Shown: positions 1 to 11,800 of the stretch, one piece after another
Layout of the letters: each line of letters starts with the position of its first letter
How positions within the stretch are numbered: the stretch's first letter is position 1
Assembly: GCA_024704765.1 (NCBI GenBank)
Contig: JAKMXF010000014.1
Coordinates: 1-64,000 of the forward strand
DNA length: 64,000 bases
Direction of reading: 5' to 3'
Source: Oopsacas minuta
Lineage: Eukaryota > Animalia > Porifera
Position numbers and translations under genes: made by a program
The notes under the pieces: generated by a model
What the model saw: the letters and a program-made list of their open reading frames with translations, nothing else
Told to the model about the DNA's origin: nothing
Databases searched by the model: none

Positions 1-99
1 AAGGAATAATCGATCAAACTGGTAACAAATGTCTTTACGTTAGTTGTATCGATCAAGCAGATAAATATCGTCTGCTATTCGACCTTAAAGATCGAATAA

Positions 100-549
100 C
101 TTCCATTTATCCGAATTACAAGCGAATTTTTGTCCGAATCAGCTAATAGCGTCGGTGAGCAATTACAAAAACCTAATGTAAAACCTCCTAAACATATTTG
201 TAACAAATCTAACTCAGGAATGTCTTTGGAAATGCAACCTTTAAGCACCAATATGTTTGATGCAGATAATGACATAATCACAGAGATCGATTCTGAGAGA
301 CCGCATTCAAAATCCATTTGTGTAACCACCCCTGTTGAACTATCAAACTCAAAATTTACTCACCCGCAATCAGATCTTGATTTCCTTTCAAATTTAAATA
401 AAGATCAATTAATTATGCTGCTAGAGGACATGTGCAATGACAAAAATATTCGTAAGGATTGTATTAGAGCTCATAAGAGGCTATTTCCTGAGAATTCAAC
501 AATTTTGCTGCCAAAAGAGAAAAAATCCAAGAAGAAGAAGAAGAAATAG
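100..549 (+). CDS. Probable 3' part of an unknown gene, ending in a polylysine tail (KEKKSKKKKKK)
   Basis: Frame open from 100 to the stop at 547-549 with no upstream ATG. An overlapping frame is open from the window edge to about 146. No recognisable domain. Confidence 0.3.
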   Translation, partial: LPFIRITSEFLSESANSVGEQLQKPNVKPPKHICNKSNSGMSLEMQPLSTNMFDADNDIITEIDSERPHSKSICVTTPVELSNSKFTHPQSDLDFLSNLNKDQLIMLLEDMCNDKNIRKDCIRAHKRLFPENSTILLPKEKKSKKKKKK

Positions 550-1436
550 TTTTACAGTAACGAAATTGCAATATCATACTATAATTTGGAGAAAAAGCAC
601 AACATTTTTCAAATATTTTCCTTGACTTCTTATTAAAATCTCGGCATAATTCCTGCATACAGGGAGGTTGGCAAGTAGCAATGTTGCAAAAAAACTGTTG
701 CATGGAAATAGGCAAATGTTCTAGTAGTTATTGGTTCCGATTCTGTCATAAGACCTTGACAAACCCCCAGCACCTGAAGAAATAGGGAAAAAAGACAGGA
801 TTACTGATATTGTAAATGTGTTTCATTTAGTTACCCCTAACGTTTGAACCGATATCAATCCCTAACAAATAATGACATACTTAGTTTGCAACTAATATGA
901 GGTCATAAAATGATTTTTTCATTGGAAATCACTAGTTATATCACTGCGCAGCTTTGATTCTCTTGCTACACATAACCCTTTGAATGCTTAATCTATGACA
1001 ATTTTATGACCAACTAATATGATTTAATATTTAATGAATGATGAATTTTCATTGTGGATCATGGACTCAATCTCATAAGATATATCATCACAGCTGCGAA
1101 TTAGTCAAATTATTATATTCCGATGATTCCATCGAGATTGTTCAGGAAATTGTTACATCAATATTTAATGTTACAATGTAGAATGGAATTTAGTGTGATT
1201 GCAAGACTTTTCCAATACTTCCCCCATTTCATATAAATAGTTCATTATCTAAACCTCTCGCATAGTTGTCAAGTTCACGGATCCAACATGAGGATTACAC
1301 TATTGTAGAAAATGTGGGAAAGTCCTGCAATCACATAAACTCACTTCTACACTGTAATTACAAAATACACATCTAATTATTCTGGAATTACTTTATTATT
1401 AGTATTGGTTGATATAAATCCGAATCTAGCAACATA

Positions 1437-2213
1437 ATGGGTAATATAATGGGTAATACACAGGGAGGTACAGTCGCCAGAAAGAAAGACTACAAGAATT
1501 ATACGGTTATGTTGGTTGGGAAAATGGGTGCTGGAAAGAGCAGTCTTGGAAACTTTCTACTGAAGAAAGATTATTTTGAAGCTGCAGACAGTTTGGCACG
1601 AGTAACAGATAAGAACATGTGTGGGTTTAGGGATCTACCTGGTGATCTTAATCTAAGGATTATCGACACTCCAGGATTTGGAGACTTTAGGGAAAGCGCG
1701 GAAGTCAAGAGGGACCTGGCTGATGCTTTCTATGAAGCTAAAGATGGTGTGGATGCGTTTCTGTTTGTGATAAGTGCAACTGAACGAATCGGAAAAGAAA
1801 TGGTTTCACATTTCGAAATGTTCGCAAACTTTATGGAACATGAACATTTCTACGACTACGTAATACCTGTGTTTACTAAGGTTGACTTAAAGTTAGAGAA
1901 AAGAGGCGAAAAAGACATCTACTCCTATGAGAAGCAAGAGCGCTTAATTTATGGTGAACTGCAGAACGAACAACTAAAAATATTCAATGAGAAAATAATT
2001 GAAAAGGCAAAGCAGAAATGGATGTGTATCTCCTGTACATGTACCGAGGACGATTTCTACTATGATGTCATCACTAAAAAATTGATTCAAACAATTGAGG
2101 GTATTCGCATTCAATCACACGGAATGGTTTGTACAACTAGGATCATGGAAAAAGCGAAAGATATTGATGAAAAGGAGAGGGCTAAAAATCAAAGAGATAG
2201 TGGAAAGAGATAA
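1437..2213 (+). CDS. AIG1/GIMAP-type (TRAFAC septin-like) GTPase, intronless
   Basis: G1 GKMGAGKS followed by SLGNFLL, G3 IIDTPGF, AIG1-type GVDAFLFV strand, G4-like VFTKVD, then a helical K/E-rich C-terminus. Starts MGN. Confidence 0.88.
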   Translation: MGNIMGNTQGGTVARKKDYKNYTVMLVGKMGAGKSSLGNFLLKKDYFEAADSLARVTDKNMCGFRDLPGDLNLRIIDTPGFGDFRESAEVKRDLADAFYEAKDGVDAFLFVISATERIGKEMVSHFEMFANFMEHEHFYDYVIPVFTKVDLKLEKRGEKDIYSYEKQERLIYGELQNEQLKIFNEKIIEKAKQKWMCISCTCTEDDFYYDVITKKLIQTIEGIRIQSHGMVCTTRIMEKAKDIDEKERAKNQRDSGKR

Positions 2214-2799
2214 AAAGATTTGTTGTTGGGTTGCTGTTGCATTTCCTGATCAATGATATGCAGGGACAGGAAATTGATGAAATTTTCGGAGAAAATACTG
2301 AAATGCAGAAAAATGAAAAAGAAAAACGCAAGGCTGGAGGTAAAGACACTGATACTGGTGGGGCTTCTGGTAACGCTGGTGATCTGAGGAAGGCTGGTAT
2401 GAATTCGTGAAAAAATCATGAAAAATGTGCATTTTGCAGTATGTTAGGCTCAATGTGGATAAAAGTTGAGCATTATAAAATTTCTAGTTATTATCTCCAA
2501 GTAACCGACTGACCGACACTGAAAATTTTTAACGAGTAACCGACACTGAAAATTTTGTCGGTTTAGCAAATTGCGGATTATTATGCATGTGAATTTGTAT
2601 AATCGGAAGCTATTTCAGATCAAAAACACTATCAGGTTAGACTCTGTTAGAGTATTATTCCGGATTATACAGGTGTTGGTTTGTACAGTTCCCACTGTAC
2701 AATATATAGGGAGAATAAACCACGAATACAAATAACGAGTAAAGTATGAGTGATATAATAGAGAATATAAGTAGAGCGTTGTTTTTAGTATTGAGACCA

Positions 2800-3560
2800 G
2801 AATATCTGTTCATTATGGTTGGGTTCCTCAGTAATAATTATGAATTATTGATCCTTCCTTCAGGGCAGATTGTATTTCCTGTAGGATATAAACTATCTCC
2901 TCTCTCTTCCTCCTTCCTTACCAAAATTGTGGATAAACCCTTCTTCATAAGATTGCAATATTCATCAAGAAAATTGAAAAGGATAGTAACAAACCAGCCT
3001 TCACCGCGTGGAATAATTTCTCTAATCAGCTGATAATAATATGTGAAGATACAACACAAAAATTTCGGAAAGACAATACAATAACCCCCTTAGATGTTAA
3101 TTGTGCATCTCTAGTACCCAAAATATTGCCAATAAACGAATGGAATGTGAGATCTGAATTCAAACAATGAACTTTGTTATTTCTCCTTTCAGCAATATAT
3201 AAATTGTATTCATTTCTGTTTAACAATCAATTCCTATCGGTCTATTAAATGCAATTCATTCTTCCCTTTCCCCTCCAACGGATTGTAGATATTTCCCTTC
3301 TGTAGAATAAACAATGAAATGATTAGAAATTTAGAATTAAACTGAGTGACATACACCTGGTTCTGATTGATACGAATAAGATATGAAGTATGCAATGGCT
3401 CTGGAGGTCGTTATATCTGCATGCATAACTTGTACGAATTTAACCTGTTCCAGCATCAAAATTTTGTACAGAAATACACTGTTCCATTCCCAATACTAAT
3501 CCTTCTTAACAAACACGGATATATCGAGATATCATGCTTGCCAACCATCCAAGTATTCAC
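2800..3560 (-). pseudogene. Disrupted NHL-repeat gene of a subfamily distinct from the six close paralogues
   Basis: Minus-strand fragments in shifting frames with internal stops: NQVYVTQF, VYSTEGKYLQSVGG, FNRPIGID, YIAERRNNKVHCLNSDLTFHSFIG, LIREIIPRGEG, YPTG..ICPEGRI, PNH..QIF. Boundaries approximate. Confidence 0.7.
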
Positions 3561-3711
3561 ATCATCTCAAGGGAAATAGTTACAAAGGGTAGATAGTATG
3601 AACTACCGCTTATATCAAGTCAGAAATTGTACCAATATGACCCCAAACCGTCAAAGTAACTTAAAGTACACCGGGGTTATATCGAACTCAGCTTATATCT
3701 AAGTAACTATC

Positions 3712-3762
3712 CAGGGCATTAAGTGCTCCTCATTTTTGGGAGCGCGCTCCTTTAATGCTCTG
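3712..3762. mobile_element. Very short TIR element (CAG[G/A]GCATTAA ends), probable hAT-type MITE remnant
   Basis: cagggcattaa ... ttaatgctctg ends; flanks taactatc/taattttc (6/8). A longer relative lies at about 11439-11701 and a half copy near 46094. Confidence 0.45.
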
Positions 3763-3996
3763 TAATTTTCACAGTCCCTTGTGCTTCAATATAACAGGAG
3801 TTGACTGTAATTATTATTCTTGGAGAAATTCGATATACCATAGAATGCTATGGATATACCTAGAAATATATTATTAGAATATTACTATATTTGGCAAACA
3901 ATTTGGGGCCACGATTCGTATGCTTATAAGTATATCTCAAATTACAACTATATATTGTATTATATCTCAAAATAATAAAATTCGAAGGATATAGAC

Positions 3997-5259
3997 ATGG
4001 CTAGTGTAGCTGGAAACAGAAACTTTATCAAACAAGCAAAAGAGAGTAGAAAGAAGATTAGAGACTGCTTCAAGAGGTCACATGAAGCTCTACAACTCAG
4101 AGAGTTTATCCTCCTCGCTCGTATTGATGAAATCGAGAAAAATTATAATAACAAAAATAAGGAAATGAATTCATTGGTCGAAGCTTTGAATAAAGAGATG
4201 ACACAAACTACAGAGATTCTTAACGCTAACAAACTCACTGACGTTCATAAAATAATTCAATCAACTATTAACAAGAAGATAACAGAACTAGCAGCTGAGA
4301 CAGACAGTAGTATTGAGTTTGAATGGAATAATCAATTCGAGACTGACATAGAACAGCTAGGGAGTATTAAGCTTAACGGTCAAACTTACATATCTCCCAC
4401 CCAAACCTTCCCTCCTCAAGTGAAGCCTGTTGTACCTAACTACAAGGCTAAACAGCTGCCTATTGCTCACTGCTGTAAGAATTCAAAGAGAAGAGTTCCA
4501 AGAGAATTGAACGGTCCCAGAGGTATAGCAGTACATTACCAAACTGGAAACATTTACATAGCTGATATGTTTAACCATCGTGTACAAGTATTTACCAGTA
4601 ACGGAAACTATCTCTTCATGTTCAGTGAGAAGATGAACAAACCAATTGGTATCTGTATATCTCGGAATAAAGTGTTTGTTACACAATGCTTTGGTCTTAA
4701 TAAGTACGAGCTAGAAGGGAAACTAATCAAGAGTGTTGGTAGTTATGGGAATGGAGAAGCTCAGTTCTTCTATCCACACGGACTAGATGTCTCTGATGGA
4801 AATTGCAATGTGTATGTATGTGATTCTGATAATAAAAGAGTTCAAATATTAACTCAAGAACTCAAGTTCCATTCCATACTAGGAATAGACTTGTTTAAGT
4901 ATCCATTTGACGTTAAGGTTACAACAGACAGAGTATTGGTGCTAGATAGAAGTGATCCGTGTATGTTTGTGTTCAATTCAGATCACGTTCTAACCAACAG
5001 ACTGATAACTAGAGGTGCTGGCAAACAAACAAACGATCCATTCTGTTTCGACATAGACAGAGACTATAACATCATTATGAGTGACAACGGTAATCACTGT
5101 GTGTACGTATTCAATCAAGAGGGAGAACAGATAAACAAGTTTGGGAAGAAAGGTCAGGGTATCGGCGAGTTTATTGGTCCATTTGGAATAGCACTAGACA
5201 ACACAGGACACATTATAGTTGTATGCCATAAGAATACTTATTGTCTACAATTCTTTTAA
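3997..5259 (+). CDS. Coiled-coil + six-bladed NHL beta-propeller protein (TRIM-NHL-like, no RING/B-box), paralogue A
   Basis: N-terminal heptad-rich helix, then NHL repeats (GPRGIAV..GNIYIADMFNHRVQVF; PHGLDV..VYVCDSDNKRVQIL; PFGIALDNTGHIIV). Intronless, 420 aa. Confidence 0.92.
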   Translation: MASVAGNRNFIKQAKESRKKIRDCFKRSHEALQLREFILLARIDEIEKNYNNKNKEMNSLVEALNKEMTQTTEILNANKLTDVHKIIQSTINKKITELAAETDSSIEFEWNNQFETDIEQLGSIKLNGQTYISPTQTFPPQVKPVVPNYKAKQLPIAHCCKNSKRRVPRELNGPRGIAVHYQTGNIYIADMFNHRVQVFTSNGNYLFMFSEKMNKPIGICISRNKVFVTQCFGLNKYELEGKLIKSVGSYGNGEAQFFYPHGLDVSDGNCNVYVCDSDNKRVQILTQELKFHSILGIDLFKYPFDVKVTTDRVLVLDRSDPCMFVFNSDHVLTNRLITRGAGKQTNDPFCFDIDRDYNIIMSDNGNHCVYVFNQEGEQINKFGKKGQGIGEFIGPFGIALDNTGHIIVVCHKNTYCLQFF

Positions 5260-5893
5260 CTTTATTTGATTTAGCGATTTGTGTCAATAGTGAACATAGA
5301 TATGAATAGGCTACTTTTTTGATAAATTCTTCATTTTTTCTTTTCTTTTGTGATTTATTATCCCTCAATTTATGCTATTTATCTTCTAAGGTTTTTGTAG
5401 GACATTCGTTGCGATAGTTGTAAGAATATTTTTTGTATAGTTATTATACTTAACAAATCTAGCGTTAGAAGTATTCTACATATTAATTCTCTTATAAAGA
5501 ATTCCTATAATACTCCAGCACACGTACACAGTACACTTTTAAGTACAACTGTACCACACAGCTATTATCATTGCCTATTCCCTCACATATATTAGTATGT
5601 CATTATAGTCTATTAATTTTACAGGATTCAATTTGAGTTTGAAATTGATCCACTATTATCCTATGTCGTATATGAGAATCCTGCATCAGGCATGCCCTTT
5701 GGGACGAGATTTGCAAGGGGGCATTTCCACCTAGGTGCCCCCTCCCATTCAAGAAATGGGATGGGAGTTGGAGTAGCACTTTTCATATGGAAATCCTGTG
5801 GGAATGGGATGGAAATTACATCAACATTTAATTCCCACGGCAACCTGGATTTTGATTTATCCATATTTCTAGGAGAATTTTGTAACGACACTC

Positions 5894-7879
5894 ATGGATG
5901 ACATAGCAAGAGAACGTGCTAACTCTAAGCTAAACACAGTAGAAATAACAAACTTGCTATTTGGAGGAGAATTTATAGTCCAAAGAATGGGAGAAATCCG
6001 CGGAATGATAACTAGCGATCCAGCTTTACAAATGCGAGGTTATGAATTCCTTGATAGAGAAGATAAATATGACAGAAGTGTCAAACTATCGACATACCTG
6101 CTAAAAACAAAACTCTCTGAGCTAGGCATTAATCACTATTTAGAAAAAGTTCAATTCTTTCGTGAATCATTAGGTACAGTACCACCATTCGATTTTACAG
6201 AGAGAATATTCTACAACACCGTAAACGGCCAGGGAACTCAAGAACAGAAGGACAAATGGCTACCATTAGCTGGTTCTGGTAAAATCCTTACCTGTTATGC
6301 TCAGACAGAATTAGGACACGGCACGTTCGTTAGGGGCCTTGAAACAACAGCTACATATGACTCTACTACACAAGAATTCATTATACACAGTCCTACACTA
6401 ACATCTACAAAATGGTGGTCTGGATGTCTGGGTATAGCAGCTACACACGGTATTGTAGTAGCTAGACTCATAACCAATGGAGAAGATAAGGGCACTCATA
6501 ATTTTATTGTACAGCTCAGAAGTATGGAAAATCACGAACCGTTGAAAGGTGTTATAATTGGAGATATAGGTCCTAAGTTTGGATTTGTAGAGAAAGACAA
6601 TGGATACGCTAGATTTGACCATTTCCGTATACCACGTGATAACCTGTTGATGAGATTTGCTCGTGTTGATCCAGACGGTACATACACACGACGCCTAAGC
6701 TCTAAACTAGGATATGGTAGTATGGTGCAGCTACGTGCTTTTATAACGTTTAATACATTCGAGGCATTAGCTCGTGGGACAACTATAGCTATACGTTACA
6801 GTGTAGTGCGTAGGCAAACACAGAACAGGCCAGGAGCTCTTGAAACACAGCTACTTGATTATACAAACCAGCAATTTATACTCATACCTCTATTAGCTAC
6901 TACTTACGCATTGTATTTTGTAGCTAGACGGATAATAGCATTGCTTGGTGAGACACAAGCTCAATTAGAACAAGATAACTTAACACTACTCCCCGAAATG
7001 CATGCTTCATCTGCTGGCTTGAAGGCTGTATCTACTACTGCTGTTTCTCAAGGGATTGAAGCTTGTCGTATTGCATGTGGTGGACATGGTTATTCACAGT
7101 CAAGTGGATTCCCTGAATTATACTCCAATATAAGTGCTTCAATGACATACGAGGGAGACAATAATATTCTATTATTACAAACTGCTCGTTATCTTTTAAA
7201 AATGGTGAATGAATTGAGTCATAACCCCAATCACCCTCTCTCCGATAATGTGAAATATCTAACTGATAATAACTGTATTCACAGACCTTATTCTCTCATT
7301 TTCACATCTTCCCAACAACAACTGAGTTTGTATAGAGGTATGGTACGTGCTAGCGTACATAGAGCTCATGCTAGAGTGCTAGATGGTGAGAAGAGAGGGT
7401 TGGATACATTTGACGCTTGGAACCAAGCAGCTCCTGAATTGATACAGTGTGCGGAAGCTCACACGTATTACGTCATAGCTAAATCATTTATAGAAAGTCT
7501 TGAGATGTCTGGTGTAACGAATATGTGCTTTGAGAATCAGCGTATAATGAAGAAGTTATCAGATATATTCTCGTTACATTACATGCTACAGAAATCTGGT
7601 GTGTTTATAGAGAGTGGCGTTATCCATGGTTCTGACTTAGTAGAATTGCGAGAAGTTTTAGTTAGCTTATTTGCTGAGATTCGTACTGAAGCTGTTTCAC
7701 TGGTTGATGCATTCAATTATCCTGATTTTGTACTTCGCTCTGTATTAGGAAGGAAGGATGGTGATGTGTATCGTGCCATGTGGGACTGGGTACAGGATAA
7801 TCCACGTAACAAGCATCCAGACGGTGTACACCCTGTCTACCACAAATATGTGAAGCAGTTATTAGCATCGAAATTGTAA
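5894..7879 (+). CDS. ACOX1: Peroxisomal acyl-CoA oxidase 1-like, intronless
   Basis: CYAQTELGHGT, LETTATYD, KWWSG, DIGPKFG, DNGYARFDH, CGGHGYS and TYEGDNNIL motifs; C-terminal PTS1 SKL; 661 aa. Confidence 0.93.
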   Translation: MDDIARERANSKLNTVEITNLLFGGEFIVQRMGEIRGMITSDPALQMRGYEFLDREDKYDRSVKLSTYLLKTKLSELGINHYLEKVQFFRESLGTVPPFDFTERIFYNTVNGQGTQEQKDKWLPLAGSGKILTCYAQTELGHGTFVRGLETTATYDSTTQEFIIHSPTLTSTKWWSGCLGIAATHGIVVARLITNGEDKGTHNFIVQLRSMENHEPLKGVIIGDIGPKFGFVEKDNGYARFDHFRIPRDNLLMRFARVDPDGTYTRRLSSKLGYGSMVQLRAFITFNTFEALARGTTIAIRYSVVRRQTQNRPGALETQLLDYTNQQFILIPLLATTYALYFVARRIIALLGETQAQLEQDNLTLLPEMHASSAGLKAVSTTAVSQGIEACRIACGGHGYSQSSGFPELYSNISASMTYEGDNNILLLQTARYLLKMVNELSHNPNHPLSDNVKYLTDNNCIHRPYSLIFTSSQQQLSLYRGMVRASVHRAHARVLDGEKRGLDTFDAWNQAAPELIQCAEAHTYYVIAKSFIESLEMSGVTNMCFENQRIMKKLSDIFSLHYMLQKSGVFIESGVIHGSDLVELREVLVSLFAEIRTEAVSLVDAFNYPDFVLRSVLGRKDGDVYRAMWDWVQDNPRNKHPDGVHPVYHKYVKQLLASKL

Positions 7880-8893
7880 AAATTTATCATTTCTTGTCAT
7901 ATCGATAAATGACTATTATTTCCTAGTATTTTTGTCAAATCATACAAATTTGGGTTAACCCAAGAGATTTGTATTTGTAGTTTATTTTCTTATATGCTTA
8001 CAAATATTTGATGTATAAATTTTGATATTTTTAGAATAAACATCAAAAATACTATTTGTTTGGATAAAATGGTATTTCAATGCTTTTACGCACTATAAAT
8101 TGTCCCAAACATACTTTTATGAGTGATAATTCTTAAATTTCATATTTCCCTTAATATTTCCCTGACATTCTTTTCCTATTTGCTATGGGCGCAATTGCAA
8201 TTTCAGAGCTCCATTCAGGTTGGCGTAGTACATCTTTAAATGTGATGTATTCCCATATCGACAATTCAGTACATTTACCCTACCCATTGCATTTCCCTAT
8301 GTTATAAACAGTTATACACAGTACACGTAGTAATTATTGGAATCACATTTGACTCTGCCAGAGTATATTATTAGAGTTTAATGAGGAAAACTAACTACGC
8401 GTTATACAATACTATTCGTATGAGATGATAAAATTGTCTTATACCTCCTACTCAATATTATTACAATAAATTTAATCAAGAGACTGTGAATACGTAATAT
8501 GTCATAAGCTCTTCTAATTTATTATATACGTTTCTCCTACACATTCTATGCTATTTAGACATTAATACACGAGTTCTATAAGTTGCCCCGCGTGATAATC
8601 TGGTAGAATCCTTGGTTAGAAATAATACAATTGTTTGCTTCATAAAGATACAAATTCAACAAATATGATATCTTATAACTTCTTCATACACAATTACAGA
8701 GATATATAAATTCATTTATATTATTCTTCTCTAATACATTCCATGACTACAAGAGTGTGAGATAGGAATTCACAGAAATATGAAAATTTCTCTCTCAAAT
8801 TCACTTCCTATTTTATGTATTTTTCTCAAAACTCGCTCAATAGAAGAATTGAATACATTGCTATATATTCTTGTTTTGTTTTGTCTTGTACAG

Positions 8894-11800
8894 ATTTGTT
8901 ATCTGACTAGTCCTCTTGTTTGTTTGTTGGTTTTTATATTCACGACCTTACCTGGTGCTGTTTTCACACATTTTTACTTTTCAGGAAGATTACGTCATTC
9001 TAAAACTAAGAACGATAATATTTCTCAATTTTATTCTCAAACTATTTCTAAGGAAGATAGGCATTATGAAATACAAGATGCTGATTCTGTTATTGAGACA
9101 GGTTAGTTAGAATTATGTCCTCATTAGGGCGCGAGAGTTCCGAGCTTTTCCGGGTGGAACTGCCGGAATTGGAACCTTAGAATGACAACGGCCATACAAC
9201 AAAATTCCCACTAATGACTATCTATACCAGAGTATCCCAACCTGAAGTCCATAGGGTCACGACCTGCCTAAATCGAAGTAGGAGACGGTTCCTATTCAAG
9301 TTAAACCCTTTCTTAGAAACCTCGGTGAAACCGGTCCCCAGGAACATAAATATTGGGGGCGTCACCCCCCAAACACTAATTGTTACTTAATTAATAGGAA
9401 CTATACTTAGCACACAGTCTGCACTATTCATATTGTTATGGCTATGTTATGCGTCTAATTTATAGGAACAATTAGGGAATTTTGGGTGGTCTTCGTTCCG
9501 CCAATTTGTCTAATGCGAGGCCGTAGCAAGCAGATTTCAATTGGTCAAGTTGATTTATACCAAATACATGAGACACCTAGGTTTGATTGGATGAATAATA
9601 CTATTTCTGTTAGAATATAGTTTGATTTTAGCCGATTAGAACAGAATTAAACTTTGTTTCCGATACTTTTATGCTGAACTTGGGTCTACTAACGTTCAGC
9701 TGTAGAATACGTATACTCACTGAACTACTGATCATGTATGGAAATGCTAATTAATGTGCTTCTTGTATTTGAATTTCCACACTTCCTTTAGAAATAGAAT
9801 CACAATTGGATCAAACTCTATCAAACTTCACAAATATCCTAATAGATAATTTAATATCAGAATGGTATACATCAATAGCAGACAACAATGAGTTACAAAA
9901 CAAATCATTTCCTCACATAAATCTAGCTCTCTCTAACTTATGTGAGAGAGCACAAGCTCTACCTCTAACTCAGCTATCTACACATCTTCTACTACAAGGA
10001 CTTACACCATACTTTGCTAGTATAGAACATGCATTGCAGGATACGACAGAGCCATTCTTACAGAGATTACAACAGGCTAGGACAGTACATAACTTTGAGT
10101 CTAGTGATTATGCACATCCAGCACTTAGAAATCAAGCTGCTACACATATGTAAGATATACAATCATAATGACTCAATACATAACTAACTACCACTTTTAC
10201 GAATTTCTCCTGATTTTCCTTGATACATTTCTGGATTTCAATATTTTCGTGAGAATTCACACTTTTTCCCCTACTTCCACCCGAAAATATACAGAAATAC
10301 AGTGGAACCTCGTTAATACGAACACCAACGGACTATGGAATAATTTTTCTCCATGTCCAGAGTTCGTATTAATGAGATCCCATTGCTAAAAAATTGGTGT
10401 TTTCAAATTTCCTGTGGATTAGATGTGAAATCCTGGGATAATCGAGGGATCCCAGGAGGGGTAGAAAGTATCAGTCAACTCCCATTATATCAAACACATA
10501 TAGCCATTTACCGTCAAAGTAGCATAATTTTCATCGGCTATATCGAACTCCGCGTGAATCGAGTAAATATAATGATCCCTTGAGCTTCGATATTCCTGGA
10601 GTTTACTGTAATTAATTTGCATAACACAGCAATGCTTAAGGTTTCTGATAGCTACAATCTATAGTGTATCTAATGAACAGCTGTGAGGAATACAGATGTG
10701 TGTAGATTATCCTGTGTATTTATTATCAAATTTGGGACAATAATTAATAGTAAAAATTGTTTTTTTATTAGGATAATTTGGTAATTTTATTACTGTAAAA
10801 TAGTTATTGTCACAAAACTTATTATGACGTCACGTCCATAGAATAAGTGGAGTCACGGATTACAGAAAACTATCATAACATCCACATTATTATTTCTTCT
10901 AAGGTCCCAGTAACAAGAATAATTTTAACTTTCTATACCAATTACAAATCAAAAATTCCTATCCTATCATCTTCCACGAGTATCATTCCTTGCTCCGCTG
11001 GAAGCAGACAGGCTGGATAGAATGATGGGTCTATATAAATCTCAAATTACGGTTCATTTATGTAATACAGTTGAGTTCGCCTATTAGCAATTCGTATTTC
11101 CATGAATTTTCCTCGCTAATCCCGAATTTGCTAATATTTATCATACAAATGTAATCTATGTCCATGAAAATATTTGCTCTATCTACACTAACCCAATTCC
11201 ATTTGTGTTGGTTAACTGTTTGCAGATTATCATTATTTCAAACAGGGAACTATTGGTTAGGATTGCTATTCAATTAGCTACATAGGTTTCTAGTTACAAA
11301 GATTAAACTTTGTTCAATCAGCTAATAGACTACTTACATCATGTTAAGCTCATTAAAACTACTCGTTTACACAATGATGCACAGATTTATCAAATGTATA
11401 CTTTCTGGGGCTTTACTCAACTAAATGCTATCACTACGCAGACCATTAAGCGCTCCTCAATATTTGGAGCGTGCTCCAATTGCGTTCCTTTTAATTCTGT
11501 TTAGATTATTGATAAAGACGATAAATACTTAGTTATGTGACATCTCATTATTGAGAAGTTCCAATTCAATACAACATTCAATAAATCCTTTCCTTGTCAA
11601 CGGACAAACAAACAAACATACACACAACAATCGAATTTTAATACTATAGATAACGATGAAGTTGTTTCCAATCAAATAAGAAGGGCTCCTTTAATGCTCT
11701 ACTACTGTATGTATGTATATTTGTGTAGGTATGCTGAACACATGTTTGATATATTACTCCAAGCATCAGACTTATCTACCAACTTAAAAGACTCTTTCTT

